Origin: Phoronis australis
Taxonomy: Eukaryota > Animalia > Phoronida
Length of the DNA stretch: 64,000 bases
NCBI GenBank assembly: GCA_002633005.1
Contig: NMRA01000027.1
Coordinates: forward strand, 285,265-349,264
Direction: 5' to 3'
In this document: positions 14,578 to 25,449 of the stretch, piece by piece
Layout: every line of letters starts with the position of its first letter
How positions within the stretch are numbered: position 1 is the stretch's first letter
Notes under the pieces: generated by a model
What the model was told of the DNA's origin: nothing
Seen by the model: only the letters and a program-made list of their open reading frames with translations
Databases searched by the model: none
Position numbers and translations under genes: made by a program

Positions 14578-17500
14578 CTCTGTTTTGGAGTTTCAAAATG
14601 AACCGCAGAATGCAGAGCAGGACGAGATCTGTCTGGAGAGAGGATGTTATGTGGACTGCGTGGTCTGTAGGGAGTTTCATCTGCAGCTAAAATGGCTTCA
14701 AATAAACTTTGGCCTGAAATAATATGAAAATACGTAGAAGGCTTTACACAACAGACTTTTACAAAAAACAGAATAATGGTCACAATAGAAATTGTTAACA
14801 AAACATCAAAAAATGTTTCTTTGTCTCCACGTTTCCGTAACTAGATTCATTCAGCATGCTACACCGCATCTCTAAATTCATCTACCTGCTCATATTTCAA
14901 GATGAGGCTTCGATTCATTGTAAAATAAAGCTTCACATGCTGATCTGGTGATCTGGTCTGGTGTGACAAAAATAAGCAAAAGATCATGAACAAATATTGA
15001 TCACAACATTGGCCAAATGCTAGGCAAGGGCTGTTGACATCATCCAATTAATTGAAATACCCAGCAATCTGAAGATCACCGATCACTGTACCATATCAAA
15101 TAATACCACACAATGACAAGCCAATAATATTGTCATCGTTAACATGTGAAGTCATCAGATCAATTACGGAAGTTATATATGACTATGGCAACTTCTACTG
15201 ATCAGATAAGAATCCCCCATCACGCTAGACTTTGGGATAGAACATAATCAACAAAATCGACCACGCATCACCCAACGTATGACTTAAGCATAAACAAATC
15301 CATGGTGTCTTTTGGCGATGTACCACAGGGCATGCTAATATTCTCAAAATGGACTACACATTACATAAAAAGTCAATTCAAGCAGTACGTGTCCATATAT
15401 TGCACCTGAATATTGCTTGGATCAATAAGAAAACTCCAACTTTTGTTATTGGCACTTTACTGCTATTTCCCTCATCACTATGAATGCAAACTGGTACTTA
15501 AGTAAGTTACAATACTGTGTAGCAACCAAAACAGTATACACAGCCACAAGATTAACTGTGACTGGGTTGGCTCAGCTTTACCACCAGGCTGTTATATTCA
15601 CCACTCACTGAGCCTAAGGGGGTAACATTGATTGTGTCATGTGTGTAGCATTGGCATAAGGGCTTACAGAAAACAAACCAATAATTGCTTATTCTGGGGT
15701 TAGCCTGCTGCCACTACTTCAACCAAAAATAATGTTTTTTACCTTTCTTAGTATTGTCTTTAGATGTTGGTAGAGGTGGCACTCGTCTAGGTGCGGGGGT
15801 GTCAAGGGGGGAGTCTTTCTTCTGCATTAAGTCAGACTTGATGTCTTGCCTACTGGCTTGCACCCGCTCAGACTCATATGAATGAGTATGTAGATCTGTC
15901 AAAGGCCTTTGATAAGGTTGATCACGACTATTGCCCTGGATGTTGGAGATGTCATTCAGAGCAACAGAATGTGGTGACCCAACATCGTGTGTTCCAGGGT
16001 GACTTGCTCTTACATGAAGTTGTGGCTTTTGTTGAGCAGCATACAACATTTTTGCCTAAACACAAAGTTAACCAAATTACTCATTTAAATAAGTACCTAA
16101 TAACTAGCTCAACTACACATAGTGTACCTAATTATCGGACGGAACCTAAATANTCTGGCGGTCATGTTCAGTCCTCGGCGGTCCTGTTTTCTGGGTGCGT
16201 CAGTCCCATTTTCTGGTGCGACGGTCCCATTTGATCCCCGGAGGTCCCGTTTTGGGTGAGTCAGTCCGATTATGAAGACCGGCGGTCATGTTGTTTCTCA
16301 CCCGTGAAACTGGTACTTAAGTAAGTTACAATACTGTGTAGCAACCAAAACAGTTTACACAACCACAAGATTAACTGTGACTGGGTTGGCTCAGCTTTAC
16401 CACCAGGCTGTTACATTCACCGCTCACTGAGCCTAAGGGGGATAACATTGATTGTGTCATGTGTGTAGCACTGGCATAAGGGATTACAAAAAACAAACCA
16501 ATAATTGCTTATTCTGGGGTTAGCCTGCTGCCTCTACTTCAACCAAAAATAATGTTTTTTACCTTTCTTGGTGTTGTCTTTAGATGTTGGTAGGGGTGGC
16601 ACTCGTCTAGGTGCGGGGGTGTCAAGCGGGGAGTCTTTCTTCTGCATTAAGTCAGACTTGATGTCTTGCCTACTGGCTTGCACCCGCTCAGACTCATATG
16701 AATGAGTTTGTAGATCTGTCAAAGGCCTTTGATAAGGTTGATCACGGCTATTGCCCTGGATGTTGGAGATGTCATTCAGAGCAACAGAATGTGGTGACCC
16801 AACATCGTGTGTTCCAGGGTGACTTGCTCTTACATGAAGTTGTGGCTTTTGTTGAGCAGCATACAACATTTTTGCCTAAACACAAAGTTAACCAAATTAC
16901 TCATTTAATTAAGTAACTCATAACTAGCTCAACTAAGCGCCAAACAGAACCAAAAAATTCTAAAATTGCCACTAGGGTCAAAGCAACAAGCAGACATAGA
17001 GGCAAAAGCAAAGACTTAAACACCAAATGCCTGGAATAAGATACTGCAATATGCATCCACATATGTTTACAGGGAGCACAAAAATTATCAAATTCAGGAA
17101 GTACCTGCCACTCTAGTTGTTGCTGCTGTAACTGTTCAATGTGCTGAAGTCTTCGATTGGTTAATTCAGAAAGTCTTTGTTCCAATTCAGACACTCTATC
17201 TGGTTGGATGGTAGGGTTCACCACAGGAAGCTTTGAAGTCTGTTCCAGGTGAGCAATTTTGCTCAGAATACTTTCAAGTTGAAGTTCAAGTTTAGTTTGA
17301 ATCTAAAAAAGAGACCAATAACTTTTTAAAGTATTAGTTTATCATTTTTCTGTCAGTTAACATTTGCACACACAAAAAAGCAAATTAGGTGTGATCTTTA
17401 CAAAAAAATGACACATTTTTTTCATAATTCATGAGACAGACCACATGGTGCAAGTAGGAGGCATTGTAATGTTGGCATTGTCAAAATAGCAAAGAATATG

Positions 17501-20500
17501 CCACGCCAGTACAACTGTCTAATATTTATGAAAAAACAACAAAACAATTTATTATTTTTCTGCTTATCGGATTTGTAGCTGAATGATATTGTAAATGGCA
17601 TGAGACATGTGGGGATGACCTCTGAAAAAAAAAAATTTAGGTGGGTCTTACTTCAATACGGAACTTGGTCAACAGAGATTATACAAGTCTGAAAACAAAA
17701 AACACCAGGCCAAGAAACTAGACCAGTCATACACAGTCAAACATTTCCTCTAAATTTCCAATATGCACAAATTAATTCAAAGATAACATTTGTCTAAAGG
17801 AATTTAAGGATGTTGCTTTTGCATTTTTAATTTTACATGCAGTCACTTACTTTCATTAAAGGTTGAGTTGCAGCCACAACCGCTGCAGTTGCCAGAGATG
17901 TGGTCGCAGATTGCACCTTCTCTGCAGTTTCTGTAGTTGTCTGCTGAGCTGGGATAGCTTCCCGAGTAATGAAGTTTGGCTTGACAACTCGTTTAGTTGG
18001 CACATTACTTTGGGAGCGTCTTCAAGTAAAATGTAAGTACATTTAAACTTGACTAGAACAATAGGCAAGAGTCATACGTAGTGTAAATTGAATGAATAGA
18101 CACTGTTATCATGACAAGTATAGACAACTGAATCAATAGACAATTGTATCATGGTAACTAGAGTCAACTGAATGGACACTTGTATCATGATAAGTAGAGT
18201 CAAATGAATGTCTAGACATGTGTATCATGATAAGTAGTCAACTGAATGAACTAACACTTGTATCATGACGAGCAGAGTCAACTAAATGAATGGACACTTG
18301 TATCATGGTAAGTAGAGTCAACTGAATGTCTAGACACTTGTATCATGGTAAGTAGAGTCAACTGAACGTCTAGACTCTTGTATCATGGTAAGTAGAGTTA
18401 ACTGAATGTCTAGACACTTGTATCCTGGTAAGTAGAGTCAAATGACTTCTAGACACTTGTATCATGGTAAGTAGAGTCAACTGAATGTCTAGACACTAGT
18501 ATTATGGTAAGTAGAGTCAACTGAACGTCTAGACATTTGTATCATGGTAAGTAGAATCAACTGACTGAATAGACACTTATATCATGACCAGTAGCATGAA
18601 TGAACAGACACTTTTCCAAATAATTCAAAGCCTTCTCTGGTTCCACTGGATTTACCCACAATGCCGCACCACTGCAAGATGTTAGTCCCAGGGTTATACA
18701 ATGCTGCAGTGCTAATTACAATCTTCAAAAAATTATTTTCACATTGCTCAATGAGTTGCAATGCACAGAGCGTGATTTATCACTCTTCAATGGCATCTAC
18801 ATTGATGAGTTTCCAAACAGGTCCATAGACTTACAAACGAGTGAGCTTGCTTTAAGGAATTCTGAGTACCTACAACATTGCTCATAGACACACCTTGCCA
18901 AATTTTCTTTTGCCGCCAGTCGTCTAGAGGAAAACCTTGAAACTGTCACATCACTTTCATCTGACTTGGACATATGTTGAGCACTATCAGGCAAACCTTG
19001 CTTGATCAAGGAGGACTACAAATTAAAGATAATGGAACAAGTTCAAAATGATAAAAAATGTGATGCAAAAACATGAATCTGGTCATCTGGAAACTTTTCA
19101 GATCAGATTTGCATTTTGGCATCAAGAGCTTCACTAAGATGAACGATAATGCCTATCGCCTTGTCTAGGATTATGGTACATATGGAATTCACCAAGAGAT
19201 CAAAGATTCAAATGCAGTTGCCACTTTTTGCCTGAAGCGTGTTTCTGCCACACAATTCACCTTCAACAAAGTAATTGACAAAAACAAAAACGGCACAAAA
19301 ACAAGTACTAAGAATAAAAATAGAACATTATGTTTGCGTTTTATTTTAAAGGGCAATTAAAACTGTGAATTAGTGATTTGAGCTTACATCTGACACCATT
19401 GAATATATTATTGTTATAGTTAACAACTCAATGTCTTCCATCACAAAAACCAACTTTTGATTGCCATAATTGGTCTCAAGTTGTTCTTTAATCAAAAAAA
19501 TAGTATCCTACACGAGTCTCACGTTTATGACATGGGAAAAACCTCTTGGAAATTTCGTCAAAATCTCGAGGCTTGCCAAGGATTTTGACGAAATTTCCAC
19601 GAAATTTCAGCCATGTCATAAATCTGAGAAGAGTGTAGGATTTGTTTTCTCACATGGATCGTAAAAACAATCTTTTTTGCCGAAAAACTCAACGTGTCTA
19701 AAACTTTCAAGCACATGTCACGACTTTTGTAAAAACACGCTTGCGCAATGTAAAGTAATTAATAAGGTTACTTTTTGCTAATAGTTTTATTTCAAGCTTA
19801 ATCTTTGAAGTTGTAATATTAAAACTTAAAAAATGTTAACTTTATAAATAACGGTCAGCAAAGCTTCCCGCGTGTGAGCACTGAATTGACCTTGAGATAG
19901 CACAGCTAGACAGTCTCGCCGCATTTCTTGAGTTGGAGCTTGTCTCTGTTTGAATAAAAGTGGATATGGAATTTGCTGCCGAAGATGGGCCCATTTAAAA
20001 AGTTGTTTGCATGTCCTTCCAACTGGAAGTACGTACAGTTGCAACACCCGATTTGTCAATCATAACCTTGTCACCTTCTCAAAATTCCAGCATTGTTTAG
20101 TTGGTGCGCGTTTGTTTGTGTTTTGCAGATGATAAAATGTAAGGCATATGGATGTCTACTTTGCACTACTTTGCACTACTTTGTGATTCGCCCACATAAT
20201 ATCAAAAAACTACGTACTCGATGTTATTAACCAGTTGTGTCATAACACATTCTAGGTCATGTGAGAAAAAATGATATCAGGCCTTCCTAAAAACTAAAAG
20301 TTGGTTTACTGCTTGAGAGTAAGACCATCAAGTAGGCTTCTCGTGGTGTATCATCTTATACCACATGGTCTCAAGGAATAACATTCTGTCAGTTCTTTAC
20401 AGTTCATAACACAGACATCACCCTTACGGTGCAATTGTAACAATCATTCACAGATATCACCTTTATAGTTCAACTGTAACACTCATTCACAGAAATGACC

Positions 20501-22858
20501 TTTACGGTACTACTGCTAAGCAAACAGAAAGGTTCGCTACCAGAGCTTGAAAAGACCAATGACAAAAAGAGGAAAATTTTCTAGGTGATGTATCGTTCCA
20601 CAAATAAATAGGCTTGTGTAATAGAAATATTTTTGCTGTATGAAGAAAGTCAAAATAATGAAATATTTTTGCTGTGTGAATAAAGTCAAAATCATGAAAA
20701 AAGAAGCGAAAAAAGAGGAAACTTGAAATCATAAAGAGGAAATCCAAGCCAAAAAAGAGGAAAATTCGAAGCCCTGATTTACAGTTGCAACCTAACAAAG
20801 TTTACAGTTTTAGTTCTTAAATTACTTTTATTAACAGTCCAATTTGTTTAGGCTGGCGACCATTACTTCAGAAATTTAATCAGCTGATCAAAACAGGTCT
20901 CTGACAAATCTGTTCTGAACTGGGTTCAAACTTGAAACTTTCTATAATCAGTAAAGACACTCTAATCCACAGAAGAAATGATTCCATTACATGTTAATTC
21001 ACTAATGAACGGTATTCATTTCCTATCCGCCTTAGAAGACAACACATTTGTCAAGTTGTGGTAAGTGTACCCAGAACTGTACCAATCCTGGAACATACAA
21101 AGAATTGAATATTCAAGAGGAAGGCCTTACCTTATTAGGCTGTACAGCGTGCAGTTCAGTGCTTTCATTAGAAGAGCTGTCCAGCAGAGAGGTCTGAGCG
21201 TGAACAGTTGTGATAGTGTCCACTACTGTGACTATATCTGATGCACTGGAATCAGGCTCACTTCCTGTAAAGCAAGACATCTGATGTATTCACTGGTGAC
21301 CAATCATAGATTAACAAAATACAAATCCATTGCTCAGTTAAGAATGTTTATGAAAATGCCTAACACAACTAACGATAAACACAACATTGTTGTTTAATCA
21401 TAGCCAAACAACAGTTAGAATGCACGTTCGCTGTCTTACATTAAATTTCAGTCTTTTCTTTACCTTTTTAATGGATAGTACGTTTTGCATATGTTTTACA
21501 TTTATTGTGAAAATATATTACACTTAAATATGACCGATGATTAAATGTTAATGAGAATTTATTTGGTACCTGATTTGCTGCCCTTCGTTGGCGATGTTTT
21601 ATAGACCAACTTTTCCCGCACACCTTCACCACTTTCATGTTTTTCGATGGTAGCCACTAACACATTCCTACCACTGGATGATGTTGCTTGTACCATTCCA
21701 GTGTCCTTCCGCCCATCTTGGACATTCTTACTAATTGGATGGAAAGTGGTCGAAGCTATGCCATTTTCCAATAGCCTCCTGGATTTATCATATTCTTGCT
21801 GTCTTAATTCACGTCTTTTGAATTCCTCCCAAGACTCTTTAACTAAAGGTGGCGCCACTTGTTCATCTACTACCGCCGAACTGTTACCATCCGAGATATC
21901 TTCAAAGGGTGACCTGATTTCTCTCACACGGCTAGAAGCAATGCGGACAGTTTTGTTTTTTCTGTTTAAGGAATTCAGGCCAGCTTTAAGGTGATTACCC
22001 GTGCCATCGTTATGGTTTGACTTAGCTGAAGTAGACTGTATGAGCACATCACTATCTGTAGAACTGTTGGGGTTAATGTTTGATGCTACAGGTGACACAC
22101 CAGTACTAGAGGGGCTAGGGTGCACAAAAGACCTAGACGTTTCTTCAGGTATACTCTCCAGATCTCTCCCATGTTTTATAGTCTTGCCACTGTTTCTGTC
22201 AACAACGGCTTCATCGTGTGTGGTACACGCTTCTCTTGGGTTTGTTTCAAGAGCTGTATCTGTAATTCTTAACACCTCTTCTAACTCAAGGCCGCCTATA
22301 AAAGTCAGACAAAATAAAGTGCCACAATGTCTCTTTCACACACGTGCATAAATATGTTTGAATAAATGTTTATATTACATAGGTCTAAACAAGAAAACAA
22401 ATGAGCGCTTTTGCCAAAAATCTCATATTTATAACACAAATAATAATACTATACACAAGGTCAGAACTTTTAGTTACTTTGCTCAGAACATCATCAGTGG
22501 GTAACTACAGTGTAATCTTCTGGTTATGGCCAACACAACATGTGTATTGTAACAGGAAAACTTTCTCCATTTCGAGAGAATTTTCTGTTCTTCGAAGGTT
22601 CGATTTGAGTATATTCTACTTGATAATGGATATTGCTCTCAAACGTCAAGCTAGTAAGGACAGTGTCGAGTTAAATGCTTCTACACCAAGTGTTTCCCAT
22701 TTAAAACTTCAGTGTCTATCACTATTACCAGGAAGAGTATTGCTTAGTATCGCATTTCTTTTTATTTGTTGATTGAACGAGTGTTTGGTCTCCTGCTGGG
22801 TAAACCCCACCCATGTGGCAGTTTTTAAGTCGCTATTTGTGACCTTAGTTGGGGTCAT
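14578..22858 (-). CDS. KIAA0586: TALPID3/KIAA0586 centriole/ciliogenesis protein, N-terminal part (about 640 aa traced; 3' end unresolved)
   Basis: Phase-consistent GT-AG exons: 22858-22729 (tentative start MTPTKV...), 22295-21570, 21264-21131, 19015-18894, 18019-17851, 17302-17105, 16875-16563 (or its copy 16055-15743), 14713-14578. TALPID3-like motifs: SATTSLATAAVVAATQPLMK-IQTKLELQLESILSKI, RLQHIEQLQQQQLEWQ, SPLDTPAPRRVPP, SLFEAIL. A possible short terminal exon lies at 14503-14452. Confidence 0.82.
15489..16935. repeat. Tandem near-identical duplication (about 625 bp, offset about 820) containing one TALPID3 coding exon
   Basis: 15489-16115 matches 16308-16935. The 313-nt exon copies differ at 6 sites. 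A single N at 16153 lies between the copies. Confidence 0.9.
18095..18612. repeat. About 40-bp minisatellite
   Basis: TAGACACTTGTATCATGGTAAGTAGAGTCAACTGAATGTC, about 13 copies, no spacers. Confidence 0.92.
19505..19641. repeat. Palindromic end of a non-autonomous DNA element
   Basis: ATCCTACAC...TTTATGACATGG ... CCATGTCATAAA...GTGTAGGAT, with an inner GAAATTTCGTCAAAATC / GATTTTGACGAAATTTC palindrome. Confidence 0.6.
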
Positions 22859-23499
22859 CAGTAAGAAAACTGTTATTGTTGGCAATTCACTACTTATAAA
22901 CTTCCCAAGGAAAATGACACTTTGAACATACAGACTAATAAACTAGGGCAAACCAATTCTCATGTCATGTTGGCAAGTGATTTTATTATCAATCTGTTAA
23001 AAGAGAATGAGAGACACAGTTGTTTGGAGAATTTTACATCTCTGTGTCTTTGAATGTTTTTTCTCCAACAATTACTTTTCCCACTCGTTTCTGCTTCACT
23101 AATTGCCATCATTTTCTATAAATTTAATACGTGTTCTAACATTGATCCGGTTTCCAGGATCTATTTTTCTAATTATGTGATTATTTACTCAAATTTTCTC
23201 TTGTTTTAAGAGAACATTAAAAAAGTAAAAGTTCCCAATTTTTTTTACAGAAATGTCATTAATGACGATAGTTTGAGAAAGATGTACGATGAATTTTTGT
23301 CATACACTGTATTTTCTCACGTGGATACAAGTTTGAATGGAGATCTTTGAATTGTATTTACTAGAGTACTCTGTTCATGCTTGTTTTTAAACAGTGCATT
23401 TGATTCTAAGACTTGAACCGTTAAATACTTGATTATTCAAAAAAATCATAATTGTGTCGATTGCGGTACACTGTCGATAAACTGATGCACGGATATTCC

Positions 23500-24038
23500 T
23501 GTTGTAGATGTGCTTCCGGTGAATTATATGAGCCTCTGTTAGCTACTCGCTAATGGGCAATTGCCTATTAGCTGAATGGTTAGCACGCTTGCCGGTTTTA
23601 TGGGGGTCGCGGGTTCGATCCCCGGGTCGGGTAATCTCGGCTATTACTACAAATGGCGTAGTCGGCAAACGGATGATCTACCGATGAAGCACTGCCAACT
23701 AGTACCCACGAACCTCGGGACAGTGCGCGTGGAAGGTTCCAGGAGTCAAGGACCTGTATGAGAGACAACCTTGTGTTCACCTGTGTTGTGGTGGTAAAGG
23801 TACCAAGGGACGTTGATGACCTGTATGCGAGACATCCTGGTGTTCACCTTCCTGTCGCGTGCCCGTTCCGTAGGAAAGGGGGGAATGTTGTAGATGTGCT
23901 TCCGGTGAATTATATGAGCCTCTGTTAGCTACTCGCTAACGGGCAATTGCCTATTAGCTGAATGGTTAGCATGCTTTCCGGTTTTAATGGGGGTCGCGGG
24001 TTCGATCCCCAGGTCGGGTAATCTCGGCTATTACTACA
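23500..24038 (+). mobile_element. Complete non-autonomous mini LTR retrotransposon (TRIM) with tRNA-like sequence in both LTRs (Helenus/TRIMp3-like)
   Basis: LTR1 23500-23651 and LTR2 23886-24038 (TG...CA; 4 substitutions and 1 indel). PBS TGGCGTAGTCGGCA at 23654-23667. PPT AGGAAAGGGGGGAA at 23872-23885. TSD TTCC at 23496-23499 and 24039-24042. A box TAGCTGAATGG and B box GGTTCGATCCC in each LTR. Confidence 0.92.
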
Positions 24039-25449
24039 TTCCTGACCAGGTTTGAGCCCATATGCCCTTTGGGTGTACCTGATGACGTGCCCAGTAGACT
24101 TAGTGTAATTTAAGTGGTGACATATGAAACAGAAACCCCAAGTGCAATTGTAAGAACAGTCATGTTCATGTCTAACAATACATGGATATTTCTGACCAAG
24201 TTTGAGCCTGTGCCCATTGGGTGCACCTGATGATAAAAAGTGTGCCTTTTTCTTTTTTCATGGCGCAAAGGCGCCGTCCAGGAATACCCGTGCTGATGAT
24301 CCTATCATCAGTGTATCACATTCACAGACATCGATCGGGCATCAATAAAATTGCAAAACGATTCGGAAAGAACCTCCGCCTCCGGCAGTGACAGTGACCC
24401 TAAAGTTTATTTCCGAAAAAGCCCACATAGGGGATTTATCTAGGTGGGGGCCCTTTCCCAAATTCCCGGTACTACCATCATCAGCTGCCTCGTCATCCAT
24501 AGTTCCACATGTAGTCTACTGGATGTCTGTCTGAAAAACAATCACATGTATGTTCAAAACTTCCGCCAAACTGTTATGGACCAGGAATTTAAGGTCTGCT
24601 CTAATAAGTATCAAAGTAGAAAAATAAGGTATTACTTTAAATATTAAGAGAGTTGTAGTCATTTTGTAGGTTTTAAATAACAATATTAGTAATTTAATTG
24701 TAGTTAGCTTTAAATATCTATTATTTTAATGACAGTTATTAGTATTTTTTAAAATAATTTATAAATTTCTGTTACCTAGTATTTTGAGCGAGCGTCATCT
24801 TTTGAGTGTAATTTTTTAAGTTGAAAATAAATCTTTTGTATTTTTCTATGATTTAATAGAATATTACACAATTTCATACCGTGAAATTCTTCTGATTAAA
24901 TATTTTTGGTGTATATTTTGCTACATTTCCAATGGTTAACCGCAATATCATGTGTTTGTGTGCATCATAGTATTACATTCTGTCAGCGACTAAGTTCATT
25001 TCATTTTTGTCGTACATCCGCTGAGGAACTGAACGTGATTGTGGGTGAGCTAGGACAATGTCTTTTTTACGCATTTCTGACAATTTCCATTCTCGCACGT
25101 AAATTCTTTGACTGTTGTAAACATGTAAACACTAAAACTAGACAAATGGCTCCAGTCGAATATAGCGGTCCGGCGGTCACTCTTGACCACCATCTGTAGC
25201 CAGACACTTGGTTCTGCCTCTGGCTCTGCCGCTCTGGTTGTGTTGTTAGCCAGCCAGCTAGCTGTATCATGTATGAAGACTATCCTCAAAATACAGCTAG
25301 GTACCACTGTGTGTTTTTCTTCCATAAACCCCGAAAATCACACAGCCAGGGTAGTTGTGCTTGTCAACTCAGCTTGAAACCTGTATCAACATGTAGAGCT
25401 AAGACCGGATGGAGTGCATGCAAAATCTGGGAGTCAATTGACACTCACC

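Noticed and set aside
15310-15340. GDVPQG as an RT motif
   Set aside because: A short isolated match with no flanking RT motifs in frame.
18095-18612. About 40-bp repeat array as a CRISPR
   Set aside because: Head-to-tail units without unique spacers, in a eukaryotic intron, with no cas genes. The same applies to 38305-38525 and 60586-60836.
23562-23633. Functional tRNA gene (also about 23948-24020, 34214-34285, 13878-13945, 13081-13113, 62828-62886)
   Set aside because: A/B boxes are present but the acceptor and anticodon stems do not pair properly; all lie within repeats.
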